DNA of 64,000 bases from the human T2T-CHM13v2.0 reference genome, Homo sapiens: assembly GCF_009914755.1 (NCBI RefSeq), contig NC_060930.1. One strand, given 5' to 3'. The notes beneath the pieces are model-generated. The model saw nothing but the letters and a program-made list of their open reading frames with translations, searched no databases and was not told the DNA's origin. A program made the position numbers and the translations under genes. Below are positions 50,173-64,000 of this stretch, one piece after another. Position 1 is the stretch's first letter. The number at the start of each line of letters is the position of its first letter.

Positions 50173-53100
50173 TAAATGCCAGCTATATTCAGAAACTAAA
50201 ATTATCTCAAAAAACTACATTCTGTCTGCCCAGTTTGACCTTCACAGGTTTTCAATGTCCTCTTTGTTTTGTAATAATGTCTTTTAAGATCTGCAAATAT
50301 GAATATCAAAGACAAGATGAATTTGGTTTACTTTTCATTTCTTATTTTGAGGAAGGGCTGGTATTGACTTACTACCAAAATATGAGTTTGATGTAGCTTC
50401 TCCCCAAGTAATTAACTACAGAATAGCTTCTATGTAGTTTTGCAACCAAAGTGGTTTTGTATCAGATTGACTAATGCTAATTTTTGCTACTATAGTTATT
50501 GATGCATTTGGGGAGGAGTGGGTGGTAAGTGGTAGTATTGATGAAGAAAATAAGAGATTATTAGTTTGTTCTTATGCTATATTAATTTTGCTTTACTAGC
50601 TCTTAGTAGATGTTCTTACAAGCCTGGGACAATTCACATTAGAGTGATTAGAAGAGAAAAATACAAAACACTGGAATTTTATTCTTAGTCACTCAAAACA
50701 ATATCACATTTTCTAGGGGAAATAATCTTGTGTTTTATTAGTTGAATTAGATGGACTCTATTTGTATTTATATATGAGAATTTGGTATGTGAAAGGCTAC
50801 ATCTGTTTGACTGTATTTGGGATTAATGGTGTCTCAAAAAAATAGAAAAGTACAAAGTGTGTTGTCTGTATAAACTTATGATGTGCATAAACTACAAATA
50901 ACTATTTTTTGAAAATGTAAAATATTGTTCAATAACTAAAGTATTTTATTTTGGTTTTGTATAGGATCCCTTTGCTTCTGTGGGGATTTTTTAATTGATC
51001 AGATTTGTATCTTTGACTTCCCTGATAAGTTTTAATTGATGCTTTAGTATTCCCATCTTAGAAAGTATAAACATCCGAGAGAGCTTTTTGATGAAGAAAT
51101 TATTTGATACTGCTTCAGTGAGTTATCATGGCTAGTTTGTATGAAAGCTGGTATCTGATGTTGATGTACAGAATAGTTTTGAAGTGTAATATGAGGGCCT
51201 TTCTTTGAATTGCTTATTGAAATATAATTGACCTGATTATCTTGCTACTGAGTATCTCTGCTTCTTTTTGAATTGAAATGTAAACAAGCTGAAATAATCC
51301 ATTGCATAAAATAAATGTATTCAAATTTTTTGACTGTATATTCAATTACTGGCAACAAAGTAAGGAACCAAGTGCATTTTATTATATCTTTTCTTAAAAT
51401 GCAGTTGTAATATTTAATTATAACCCACTTCATTATATTTTGAGTTTTCTCATAAAGTGATATTTCCCTTTTATCTCTTTGTGCATTTAAACTTTCAACC
51501 AGGATGTCTTTGTATTGCTCAAATGTTATTTATTTGTAAAGCATTTCCTTTACACCTTTAAGTATGCATTTGTGTTTTTGTTGTTGTTGTTGAGCTGAGT
51601 AGACTATTTTTGGTACTACTGTTTTGCAGAAAGCAAAGATTATTTTGAAAACATAAATTTAGAGAATAGTTTTTCTTAATGACAAAAGCATGTATTGCTT
51701 TTGCTTCAAAGGACTTTAAGGATTTAAAGAATTTATCATATTGAAGATTTCATAGCACTCTTTTTAACTGATAGAAGACAAATCTGGCAAAACTCTTGGT
51801 TTTTTGGTTAGATAAGGATAACCACCCAAGAAGTTCAAAGTGGTGGGAGATAGCTTCTCTCTCTCACAAGCTCACTACCAGGTTATAAAAAAAAGCAAGT
51901 CTAAGTCCAAATTTTATCACACATTTAGATATTTATTAGATAATCCCTCATTAGCAAATCAGGAACAAAATCTATTCAGGAAGCTCAATGAGGGCCTAGG
52001 TCTTTGACCTTTTAGATACTTTCACCCACCCTGTATGTAACATTCAGTGAGGTGGACATAGCAACATTCTAGGAGCAGGATTCTGTGACCTTTAGTCAGT
52101 GTCATTCAGTCAGAAATCCTCCTAATCCAATGTCTGGACACAGAATGATTATGGATAAAACCGTGGGCCCCATCGCTAAAAGATATGGGATATAGGCCAC
52201 AATGGAATCTTATGTACAGTTCATTTAAGAGTAAGAAGTGTTTAACTGTTTTAGCCAATACACATATCTTCAATGCCTTTACTTTCACCAAAGGGAATCC
52301 ATTAATACATTCATTATAGTGATTAACCAGACACTAGTTCACCAATAAAGACTAATCTTTTATATTTAGTTTGATAATGAGTAAAGTGTTGATTGTGGCT
52401 AGATGTACCTCAGTAAGAAGGACCTGTAGTTGCCCTGTATGGGCCTTCTAGATATAAAGCCAACTGACCAACTAGTCTGGGCATTCTTGGACTCCTCCTA
52501 GAATTACAGGTTAAACTAACTGGCACATATATAGTATCATACTGAAAATAACAAAATATTATAAAATAAATTGTAGATATTATAACAAGCCTACAAATGT
52601 TAATATTTTGGGAACTACTAGTCAATTGTGAGAGAACAAAGAGATATTAGCTTGAGTCTTAATTGACCTAGGAGTAAAGCAAAGGTTCTCATTGATAGAT
52701 AAAGGGAAGTTTCTAAATTATTTGGGGTGGTCAAACATTTTCTTAGCATTATTTAGGAGGAAATTGTCTCATGGTTCTTTATGTGTGGAGCATTGTATTA
52801 CATAATGGGCTGTGTCTTTTAATTCAGACTTGCAAAAGATACAAAAATTCTCTGTCTTAAAGCACTTTTAAAAGTCCCGTTCTCTATTATGTTTTCTTCT
52901 ACTTCATCTTGTGGTTATTTACCTTTTATAAAGATGTTATATTTTTGTTCTGTAGTTTGAATAGAGAGAATTAGAAAACATGGGCCAAACTAGTAGGTTA
53001 TAGTCACTCTAATGGAAGATTTTTTTGTTTTGTCAGAATTGTGTTTTTTAAAAAGTAAAACCTCGAATTGGAATACCTTAACTTGGGTCAAGCACTCTCT

Positions 53101-53344
53101 AATTCAACTATTTGTCCCATGACTTTCTTTTGCCAATAGTCCCAGCTTCTGCACACATTTATGTACATGCCTGACCTCTAAATATCTATGTGTTTTCGAC
53201 TTCTGAGAAAAAATATTGAACATGTATTTACAGCTATCCATTCAGTTCTGCCTGATACCCTTTGAAGCAGACTGCCCCCTGCCCCAGAGATTCAGTGTTC
53301 TACATGCTTGTTTGGGAGATATCAGTCTCAGATGGGGATGGTTA

Positions 53345-54600
53345 AGAGAAGGTATTGTAAGCCAGGTAGATTTAAATATCCCAAATCTGCCAGTTCTCCT
53401 AGTTGTGTGATCTTAAGCATGACACCCTGCATCTCTAGACCTAAGCTTGTTGTCAGAGTTACATGAATTAGTACGTATGGAGCACTTAACCCAGAGGCTG
53501 GTATCAGCACTTAACCCAGAGAGTGGTATGTTTAAGTGTAAGTACCACTTAAACAGTAGCTGTAATTATGGCAAAGATAATTATGACACCCAGATATACA
53601 TCTGATTCTGTCCTTCTCTTCATACCTTCATATTTCCTCATGTCCAATTTCCTGCTCACCACTAAATTCACCATTTCTGTCTCCACCCCAGTCTTTTGCA
53701 TTCGGAGGCAAAATTTAATGCCTTTTCTGTAGTCTCCAACTCAATTACATAAGCTAGAACTCTGGAAGTTATCCTTGATGTCTCCTTCTCGCTCATGGAG
53801 TAAATCTAATAAATCATCCACCTATGACAATTTAACCCTCAAATATTTCTCAGATCTAGTTTCTTGTCTCTATCAGGTATTGATCATACTGCTTACAGTA
53901 TTATCAATCCCATTCTCTATTCTGTAGCCCACGTGATGGAACAAAAATTCAAATCTGACCACTCGATTTCTCTATGTAACATTTATTGTTGTCTCATTTC
54001 CTACAGAAGTAATTTTCAAATTGTGCTCAGACACAAGCATTGAAGCATATTTTGTTTATCTGTGAAGATTTTTTTATTCACTGCTTTTCTTGTAATAATA
54101 TATTGGAACTCAGGAATAAATCGTACAAGAGAAAAACTTCTGGAGCTTGTAAAACCTGAGAAAAAGCAGATCTTAAAAATGGCCCATGCTGACCTCTCCA
54201 TACTGTTTCTATTTTACTGACTTTTGTTATACCAGCAAGACCAAACTTCTAATAGTTCATCAAAATTAATCTATTTTTTTTTGTTTCATGCTATACTTCA
54301 TCCTGGGGCACTGTTCCTTCACCCCAACCCCACCTGACTTCCTGTCTTTATTTGTCTCAAGCTCATTCTCTGACACTCTGATGAGTTTTCCCATTAGAGA
54401 AAACCCTGCTTATGCACACCTGCTCTGGGTTCCAGGATTTCCAGTGCATACCTATTCTCTTGTATTATATTACCTGTTTATAATCAGACTATACACTTCT
54501 TAGGGCAGGACTAAGTCATACTCATTATTAAATCTCTTGCAAGCACATTGTCTATGTATAGTAAGTAAATAATAAGTATTATTAGATGAATGAAATAAAT
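53345..54600. mobile_element. MIR (53345-53570) followed by L2 remnant
   Basis: tagttgtgtgatcttaagcatgacac core; L2-type 3' end agggcaggact...aataagtattattagatgaatgaa. Confidence 0.55.
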
Positions 54601-55679
54601 TTGAATATATTTGTGCTTATATCTATGAATCTAATAGCTGTTGTTAGTCTTACGAAAAGTAGAGTCCCCCACCCTAGACAGGATCTCAGCTAATAGTGAT
54701 AGATTATTTTTCTAGGGCCTGTTTTAGCTCTAAGTGATTGATGGCATGCTTTAAATGTGATCTGGCCCCTGGATTTTAGTTAAGGAAATGCTGAAAACTA
54801 GCAAAAGTTAATCTTTTTTCTTCATAAGAATATAATGTTCATAGCCTTAAAAAGAAATGTGCGTAGTTACAATTCTTCTCATTGGAGACATATCCTGCCA
54901 ATAGTGTCCCAAGTGTAAGTCTATTATGCCTCAAATGAATGTGTGATTTTAATGGTCGAGGCTAACACCTATTTAGATTCATTAAAATCTAATTTGTTGA
55001 CTTGCTATGACGTTTGTAAAATGATTTGAAGGTAATAAGCTTATGTGTAATTAACTTGGTTCCGTTTTGAAGTATCTTACTAACTTAGAGTTATTCTGGA
55101 TTCCTGAAAACCTTCATCAAACCAAGGAGCATAATGGTTGGCTAGCTTCTTGATTTCCCCAGGCTCCCAGCAATAAAAGATGATTTCCCAAAACAGATTC
55201 CCAGTGAAGTGAGAGACAGTGAGATAGCAGAGACTCTGTTGTCCTACTATAACCTCCTAGTCCCTTGATTATTCATTTCCAGATTTGTGTGGTAAAAGCC
55301 AGAGACCACATTATTGTAAATAGGGCAAAGATCAATATGAAGGATGGGCTCAGGGCAAGCAAAGAAGATGAAAGTGGAATTACTTGACAATAGGATTACT
55401 GAAACGATTGAGATGTCAAGAGCCAAATGACCTTGAGGGACAAGGAAGCAGTTTGGACATTCAGTGAGTATTCTTAGCTTCAACTTCAAAGCCGATCAAA
55501 ACTCCTGAAGAGTGAGAACTCACTCAACAGGGAAGAAGCAGAACACGAGTCTCAGCCTAGTGTGCAGGTGATTGCTTTGAGAATGTCAGGCCTACTCTCA
55601 TTAATTTTTGTTCATTTGTGCTGAGGGAATTGTACAAAAGCCAGACAATGCAAAGAAACTCCATGACTTGATCAATTCT

Positions 55680-56468
55680 ACTCTCCATCCCCACCACCCC
55701 TGCATTAGACTTGGCCTTCATGATTTCTCACTTTGACCACTATAACATTCTTCTAACTTTCCTCTGCAACTAAAGCCTTTCCATGAGCTCATCCTCCATA
55801 TCACTTTGAGAAATATCTTAAATTTAAAGAAAAAGAAATACCTGATTGCGTAATTCCCCTGCTGCAAACTGTATGATGGGTCTGTAGGGCTTATGAGATT
55901 AATTCCATGTTCTGCATATCACCTGCATTCAGGGCTGCCTGAAGTACCTAAGTTGACTTTGTGGGAAATAAAAAGGGCACTCCTTCAGGGCAGATGCGGA
56001 TGAGTTATAAAATCATCCTCTCCCTCCAGACTGATATAGCCTCTAGCAAGCCTTCTGGCTTGGCAACAAGAGCTAGATTTCAGCATTCCCTTTCTGTTCC
56101 CTCCTAGGGACCGTGTCTGTGTGCATTCCAGCTTTCTTATGGCTATGGGAGTTCCTCTTGCTTGTGTGCTTTTGCCCTTGCTTTTTACTCTGTCTGATAA
56201 ACTCTTACCACACTTCAGAGTGGACTTATGAAACCATTTTAGCTCCTACAACACTCCTTTCTGCTTTCATAGCATGTGATACATACCTCTATTGTTAGCA
56301 CCAATCACCTTATTCTATAAGTTATCAATTCCTGATCAACCCTGCTCACTGTATTGTGATTCTCAAGGGTAGTATGTCTCTCTTTTTACTGGATTTAAAA
56401 ACCATTAATACTAGTACTTGTTTTATATATGGCGTGAAATTAATAAATGTTGAATGAATGAATGAACT
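55680..56468 (+). mobile_element. L2 remnant
   Basis: Pyrimidine-rich L2 body ending taataaatgttgaatgaatgaatgaa. Confidence 0.55.
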
Positions 56469-57244
56469 TATGGCTATACCTATTGAATGAGGGATAATAT
56501 AATAGGAGTATAGCCACTTCATTTTTGGGGGCCCCATTTGGAATAATTATAATGGAGGTCAATTTTTTTTTATTATTGTTGTATTGTTGCCATTTTATGA
56601 TGATATAAGGGAGTTGAAGAAAATACTGAAGACTTACAGAATGTTTTTGAGACCCTCCTTTGATGAGAGATGGTTGAGTTAAATCAGATCTTATCTTTAT
56701 GCAGAGATATCCAAAAGAGAATTTGAGAAATTGAGTGTCCTTCCAAGAGTCTCACAGAAAGGTTAAAGAATATCTGCTTTTCTCCCCTGAAATCAAACCA
56801 GTAGAGAAATTACAAATTTCTCCCTATGTATTATTTTTCATCTTTCCCCTTCTTGGGACATAATATGAACTGGTCAGAAGTTTGGCTAATGTCAATAGAA
56901 GAATCATGTTGGAGTATAGCTGATAATGTTTATGAGAATTCTTAATACAATGTAAAATACTGAAGTACTAGATAAACATCACAGAAAGTGAATTACTTTA
57001 ATTTACAGATATTCTCACAAAAAAAATGAAAAGCCCTTGAGATAAGATTACAATAGAATTTTCAATGGCCCATGATATGAACTTTGAGACTATGTCTCTC
57101 AGGGTGAATATGAGGTGAAGAGAGTAGAATTTAAGTTATCACTAAAGATCTGTTGACCAAAGTAAAATTTGTCTCAGTACGACATTGGAATGGTGTGAAG
57201 ACTGTAGGAGAGAACTCCTTTGACAAATGCTCCATAATGTAATT

Positions 57245-57400
57245 CAGAGGTTGGCAAACTTTTGTTGTAAAGGGCCATATAGTAAATACTTTAGGCTTTG
57301 TAGGACATATGCTGTCTGTTGAATCTATTCAGTTCTGCTGTTGTTGCTAGAAAACAGTTATAGAAATAAAGCAATGGATGTGACTGGATTTGGCCTGGGA
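57245..57400. mobile_element. MER58A-like hAT element
   Basis: cagaggttggcaaacttttgttgtaaagggccatatagtaaatactttaggctttgtagg. Confidence 0.8.
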
Positions 57401-57649
57401 CCTAGCCTTAGGCAATTTTGAGCTTTCTAGAAGTATCTTATGTGCATACCAACAGAACAACTACAATGTAAGGTGAGGCCAGCCTATTTCTGGGCTGATG
57501 CTTTATGTAAAAATAACCTCCAGTTCTGACGTGTCTACCCAAGGGTTAGCCTGTGTAGCCTGCAGAACTGGAACAGAGGGACCTTGGCAGTTTTTGAAAA
57601 GGCTTCTGCCAAGATGAAAAGGAGTGCAAAACACTTTGAATTTCTTCTT

Positions 57650-57946
57650 CTTCTTTTTCTTTTTTTTGAAATGGAGTTTTGCTTTGTTGCCCAGGCTGGA
57701 GTGCAGTAGCGCGATCTTGGCTCACTGAAACCTCCGCCTCCCGGGTTCAAGCAATTCTCCTGCCTTAGCCTCCTGAGTAGCTGGGATTACAGGTGTGCAT
57801 CACCATGCCCGGCTAATTATTGTATTTTTAGTAGAGATGGAGTTTCACCATGTTGGTCAGGCTGGTCTTGAACTCCTGACCTCGTGTTCTGCCTGCCTTG
57901 GCGTCCCAAAGTGCCAGGATTACAGGCATGAGCCACGGCGCCCAGC
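57650..57946 (-). mobile_element. AluS-like SINE
   Basis: Antisense dimeric Alu; TSD tgaatttcttctt / tgagtttcttctt. Confidence 0.92.
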
Positions 57947-59146
57947 TGAGTTTCTTCTTTGGAGCACTCTGGAACTAATCACAGAATGCCTTCACTTATG
58001 ATGCCGATTGGTTACCAGTGTATAAAACTATGGAAAAAACCATGAATCAAATCCCTCACAACCAAGCTGGACATTTTATAAATTGAAGAAGTTAAAAGTA
58101 GCTAACAAATACCCAGTGCATGAGACAACAAAGCTGGCTGGCTTTGTAGAAGAAAACTTCTTAATGTACAGCAGTATTTGTTAAAGCCCTTATTAGAGAA
58201 ACTCTTTCATCTGACAGTCTTGGGCAGAGAAGTAACATCTGAAGCAGAAAATAGAGATGGCAGAGTCAAGCTAATTCCCAATCAAATTCATGCATAGACA
58301 GAGTTCTCTTTTTACCTCTCTACCTCTATCCTATCTCACCCTACCCTAAAATTTGGATTGTTATTATGTATATCAAATCATAAGCATTGCTATGGCAAAT
58401 CTTGGAACTAAAGTCCAAACACTAATGCCTATAATAAAAAAAAATAAGCAGATTAAAGTTCATTTTTTACTTCTTTTGTGGTAGCTAGTCAGTTAATTTT
58501 AAATCTTAAGCCTTGAAGAAAGAACTAGGCATATGACTGAGTTGAGTCTGGGTCTTGACTATGAAATTTAAGATGTATGAAATTCAAAGTAAGTAAATTA
58601 AAATATTTATAGTTATCTTAGGCTGCTAGTGGATTGAATCAAAGATTAAGACTTCAATTGTAATGTGAAGAAGAAATGACTAGCTTTAACAGTAAACACA
58701 TAAGCAGAAGAATTTTAATTTGTTAATATGTGTGATAAGGGCCTGTGTAAGTGTTCTTTGTTAAACTACAATACACATAGTTTTCATATATCTCTATAGA
58801 TGTGTCTTTGGTAGATGATACATCAGTATATACATGCAATTAGGACTACAGAAGGTTTTGAATGGATCTTATTTGTATCTGTTTTGTTGCCAATTAAATT
58901 CTATCTGTATTTTAAGGTGATTTTTCCTAATGAATAGAAAGATGTGTATTGCTTTTACAAAATACAAATTAGTTCTGCTTTTCTTATTTACTTATTTTTG
59001 TTTATTTTCTTTTTATTAGAAATAAGACCACCTATTTCTTTGTTTAGAAATTTGTTATATATTTTCAAAATCTCCAGAATAAAGCTAAAAGGTGAATTCT
59101 GTATGCCTAAGAACAGCATCCTTTATTACAATGAAAAGGACAATCT

Positions 59147-59365
59147 GTACCAATTATCTATTGCTATGTAACAAATTACCTCAAAGCTTAGTAGCTCAAA
59201 ACATATTTATAATCCTCACCATTTCTACAAGTCAGGAATTTAGGAGAAATGTAGCTGGGCATTTCAGGCTCAGGGTCTCTCATGAGACTGCAATGAAGAT
59301 GTGTCGGAGCCACAGGAACCCAAGGTTTGCTTGGAGCTGGAAGGATCTGCTGTAAACTGACTCAT
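59147..59365 (-). mobile_element. Partial MLT1 MaLR LTR
   Basis: tatctattgctatgtaacaaattacctcaaagcttagtagctcaaaac...ggctcagggtctctcatgag. Confidence 0.75.
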
Positions 59366-60304
59366 CATTCCAGGTGTAATGGAAGCTTCACTTATTCTAA
59401 CTGAAGTACTTTAAGCTCAACCACTTCCTGGGCATGCACCACTTGTCAAGTTACTTAACCATTCTTCACTCACCAGCCTAGTGTTCTTTTACAGTTATAA
59501 ATCATATCGTGATTTAAACATATGTCTGTTTAAAACCCTTTGGTGAAAATAAGTGAAGCTTCTATTATTACACTTGGAATGAAATCCAAACCACATAATA
59601 TGGCCCACAAGCCCCAACATGACATGGGCCTATGTACTTCTTTCACCTCACTGCCTCATATTCATTACTCTTTTCTTTCTGTATATTTCTGTCACACTGG
59701 CCACCCATTAGAAATGTTGTAGGGGTCAATAAGCCCTTAGTCAAGTGACCATTATTCTGGTTTGTACCTGTTGCCCTGGTGCAATTACTAGCAAGACCAG
59801 TTTCAAAAGCGTCTCATCAATTACATGCTTTTCCTAGCATCCAGCTCTTTTCTCTGCCTCCTAACTTTTTTATATTCCTCCCTTATTAGTCTTCTTCCAG
59901 CCTTGGGCTAGCCTAGTTAACTTATATTAACTTATGTATGTTCTGCAGATAAAATACAATCGTCTTAGAAAAGCTTTCCCTAAAATCCCACTCCTCTGAA
60001 ATGAGCACTCTCATGGTTTTTCCACTAATCTGTCTAGGAACCCATTTTTTTTTTACAGCCATTACTTTACTTTGTAATCTTATTTTAATTAATATCCAGA
60101 AGAGAAAGAACATTATCTGTTTGATTTGCACTGTATAACCAGTGCTGAATACAGTGCCTGGCACATAGCACACACTCATTAAATATTTTTAAGTGAATGA
60201 AGAAAATATCTAAGCCTCAGTTGTTTTTAAATCTAGAAGTAGGGAGGAGATATTATAAGAATCAAGTAGGATTGCACCTAGGACAGTATCTGGCACACAA
60301 TATA

Positions 60305-62085
60305 CTTTTTTCTTATTAAAGTATAGTTAACAAAAAAATGCACATATTTCAGACATACAACATAGTGTTTTGATATAAGTATACTCTAATGATTCCCACA
60401 GTCAAGTTACTTAACATATCCATTACCTGACATAGCTACCCTTTTTGTTTATTGTTTTCAGGATACTTCAGATTTACTCCTTTAGCAAATTTCAAATATG
60501 CAATGCATTATTATCAACTAAGTTACTGTGATGTACATTAGATCTCAAGAACTTATTGGTCTCATAACTGGAATTTTGTACCCTTTCTAATTGAAGTTAA
60601 ATGTATATACAGTGAAATGCACACTACATACATAATATGATGAGGTTGGACCAATATATACTTATGTAACCAATACCTGATCAAGATATGGAACGTTGTC
60701 ATCACCCTAGAAAGTTCTCTCTTGTCTCCTGCCAGTCAATCCCCATCCCCTCATAGGCAAGCGTTGTTCTGATTCCTGTCATCGTGAATTCATTTTTTCT
60801 GTTTCAGGATTTTATACAAATGAAATCATAGCATGAGTACTTTTTCTTCTGGCCTCTTTTGCTCAATATATTTTCTTTGAGAAGCAACTATATTGTTGTA
60901 TGTATTAGTGATTAATTATTCTTTATTGCTGAGTATTATTTATTGTATGACTATATCATGATTTGTTTATCCAGTTTCCAATTGATAGACATATGAATTG
61001 TTTTTAGTTTTTTGTTACTATGAATAAAATTGTTTCAAAATTTTTGTAAAAATCTTTGTATGGACATGTATTTTCATTTCTTCTGGGAAAGAAGCTAGGA
61101 GTAAAATTGTTGGGTATAAAGGCAGGTTAGATTACTTTTAACTTAAAAGAAAAAATACAAACTGCTGAATGGTTTTCCAAAATGGTCATACCACTTTGTA
61201 CTCTTACCAGTAATCTATGATAATTCCAGTGTTACATATTCTTGGCAACATTTTAATTTACATTCCTCTAATAACTAATAAAGTTTAGCACCTTTTCATG
61301 TCCTTATAGGCCATTTTAAATCCTCTATTGTGATGTGTCTGTTCAAGTCATTTCTCTCTTTTTTATTTAGATTGTTTGGATACAAATCCTTTGTAATTTA
61401 TAATTTTTCCTATAGCTAGTGTTTACACTTCATTAATGGCATCTTTTGCTGAGTAGAAATTTTTGTGAAGTTCAGTGTATCATTTAAAAAAATAGTTTGT
61501 GTTTATGACTCCACCATAAAAGATCTTCATTACTCCTCTAGGTCATAAAAATGTTTTTCTATATTATCTTATCTATATTCTAAGTTTTCCCTTGTCATCT
61601 TAGCTTTTATGTAGATCTATGTCTCGAACAAAATTAATTTTTGTGTGTTATATGAGGTAGGTCTTGGGGTTCATTATATTCTACATGGATATCCAATTGT
61701 TCTGGTACTGTTTGTTCAAAAAATTTCCTTTTCCCATTAAATTGCTTTGGTAGCTTTGCAAAATCAGTTGACTGTATGTGTGGATCTGTTTCTGGATTTC
61801 TCCGTTGTTTCTGTGATCTATCTTTCCTTATGTCGATGCCATAATCTTTACTACTATAGCTTTGTGTTAACTCTGGAAATCAAAGAGCTTGAGTTCTCTA
61901 ACTTCATTCTTCCTTTCCAATATTATTTTGCTTAATCTAGGTATTTTGTCTACATTTGTCTAATCTAGGTTCTTTGGGTATTCAAATACGTTTTAGAATC
62001 AACTTTTCAATTTTATACAAAAAAGTGTGTTGCAATTTTCTTAGTATTATATTGATTGAATCTTCAGGTTAATTTAGGTAGGGAC
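60305..62085 (-). mobile_element. Two abutting old L1M fragments (L1MA-like 3' end 60305-60585; older L1M 3' UTR and ORF2 60586-62085)
   Basis: tagcaaatttcaaatatgcaat...tgtacattagatctc; ttgtttatccagtttccaattgatagacat; atggatatccaattgttc. Confidence 0.8.
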
Positions 62086-63370
62086 CAATATATTCTTTTG
62101 ATAACTTATTAATCATCTAATGGCAATGGGTATGAATTGGCTTCCTGAAATAAGATCATTAGGATCATTAAGTTGTTGTGACCAATTAGATGAGGATGCT
62201 GAGAAAGAAAGGACATCCCAAACTGCAGTGCTTTTGGACTCTTATATAATGCTCATTATTAAACTAGAGAAGAGTTGAAGAGAAATTAGGAGTTTATGGA
62301 GAGAACTATGCACTGCTCTAGGGCAAATACTCTGCTCCAAGCAGTTGTTTCCTTGCTCTTATTGTCTTTCAATACTCTGTCTTTTGGATATTTTATGTGA
62401 TTGCTTCCTAAATATGTTTTCTAAAGCAGAGTATTTTCCTTCCAAAGTACTATATATTTTCAATATATCAAACAGGATGCAATTATAGATTGATTTATTT
62501 TCTTTGAATTTCTTCACCTTGTTCATTATCAGATGAGGGCAAAAATATTTCTGAGATCAAAAACTCATGAGCCATTTTTTTCTTTAGGCATATAGAAGGG
62601 CATGCCATTTTGACTAAGCACAAATAGAATATTTGTAGAAAGTTAAGAAATGAGCAGCAATATTCCCTTCCAGGCAGTCAGAAGCTTGGTGGCACACTTT
62701 TTACATGGAAGCAAAATATTTCTGAAATTAAAAAAGTAATTTAAAAAGAGCACAAGGACCAGAATGTATGCCAAGCAAACACCCTTTAACTTTATTTACA
62801 GTAAATGAGAGCAAGTTTTAAAAGCCTTTAGTGAATATTCTGTCTAGAAACCATTTATGTTTAAATTTCACTGATTAGATTTTTAAAAGTAGGTAGTATT
62901 CTGTATTTAGCCCCTTTTAAACTGCTCAGCATCAAAATATCTGAAAACAGTTGCTCTTTTGCCTATTAATTCAAACATAAATGCTATTATTCAAGACGTA
63001 AAATAAGACATTTACCTATCTGTTATTAATACAGCCTGGTCCTTTTTACTAACACAGTAATCGCATGAGCATGCCTATTACTTTTTTTTCCAATACTAGA
63101 AAGGATTCTATTATGTATAATTTGTGTTTTACTCTTAGAGAACTTTTTCATTTATCCCTGTGAGGCTGTTTCAGCGATATGAAAACATGAGTATGTAGCA
63201 TAACTATCTTTATGTTTTTTCTTTTATTTTTTATACTGTCAAGAAAAAATGATGCATTTTCTTTATTCATTAAATCTCGAAGCTATAAATCTTCCAATTA
63301 TGTTTAGATATATCTTATTGATTATCTTTCCTTATTCAATTAGAACTGATTTTTAAAAAATGCCTTTGTA

Positions 63371-64000
63371 TTTCTTTTTTTTTTCTTTTTTTTATTATTA
63401 TAATTTAAGTTTTAGGGTACATGTGCACAATCTGCAGGTTAGTTACATATGTATACATGTGCCATGCTGGTGTGCTGCACCCACTAACTCGTCATCTAGC
63501 ATTAGATATATCTCCCAATGCTATCCCTCCCCCCTCCCCCCACCCCACAACAGTCCCCAGAGTGTGATGTTCCCCTTCCTGTGTCCATGTGTTCTCATTG
63601 TTCAATTCCCACCTATGAGTGAGAACATGTGGTGTTTGGTTTTTTGTTCTTGCGATAGTTTACTGAGAATGATGATTTCCAATTTCATCCATGTCCCTAC
63701 AAAGGACATGAACTCATCATTTTTTATGGCTGCATAGTATTCCATGGTGTATATGTGCCACATTTTCTTAATCCAGTCTATCACTGTTGGACATTTGGGT
63801 TGGTTCCAAGTCTTTGCTATTGTGAATAGTGCCACAATAAACATACGTGTGCATGTGTCTTTATAGCAGCATGAGTTAGAGTCCTTTGGGTATATACCCA
63901 GTAATGGGATGGCTGGGTCAAATGGTATTTCTAGTTCTAGATCCCTGAGGAATCGCCACACTGACTTCTACAATGGTTGAACTAGTTTACAGTCCCACCA
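63371..64000 (-). mobile_element. Young L1PA 3' end (poly-A, 3' UTR, ORF2 C-terminus), runs off the window
   Basis: ORF 63602-63961 WRFLRDLELEIPFDPAIPLLGIYPK...HMFSLIGGN is the ORF2p C-terminus; cccactaactcgtcatctagcattag suggests a young L1PA subfamily. Confidence 0.96.

Noticed and set aside
53481-53530. 25-bp tandem duplication
   Set aside because: Lies within a MIR remnant; routine slippage
63360-63961. ORFs of 119-125 aa at the window end
   Set aside because: L1 ORF2 C-terminus and its antisense; intactness of the element cannot be judged from this window

Overview
Primate (human-like), AT-rich, repeat-dense genomic DNA lying inside a large + strand gene, ADGRB3 (BAI3, adhesion GPCR B3). 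Three phase-compatible coding exons are readable: 41961-42087 (second half of the GPS motif plus Stachel region), 43704-43807 (TM1) and 47796-47898 (ICL1/TM2); the rest is intron. Most notable: (1) a CpG-rich, promoter-like segment (~40850-42120) just upstream of the GPS exon, with a candidate in-frame alternative first coding exon (41203-41300) and a strong-Kozak Met before TM1, which could yield ectodomain-less receptors; (2) a three-level nested insertion, MST LTR > AluJ > internally rearranged HERV-L provirus, with all three target-site duplications readable; (3) a decayed tRNA-Leu(TAA) gene; (4) a young 228-bp non-tandem direct duplication ending at a consensus splice donor; (5) a full-length MADE1 hairpin and candidate poison pseudo-exons. 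Repeat subfamily calls and old-repeat boundaries are by eye and approximate. I see no evidence for a wholly new biological system; the best lead is the internal ADGRB3 promoter and its isoforms.
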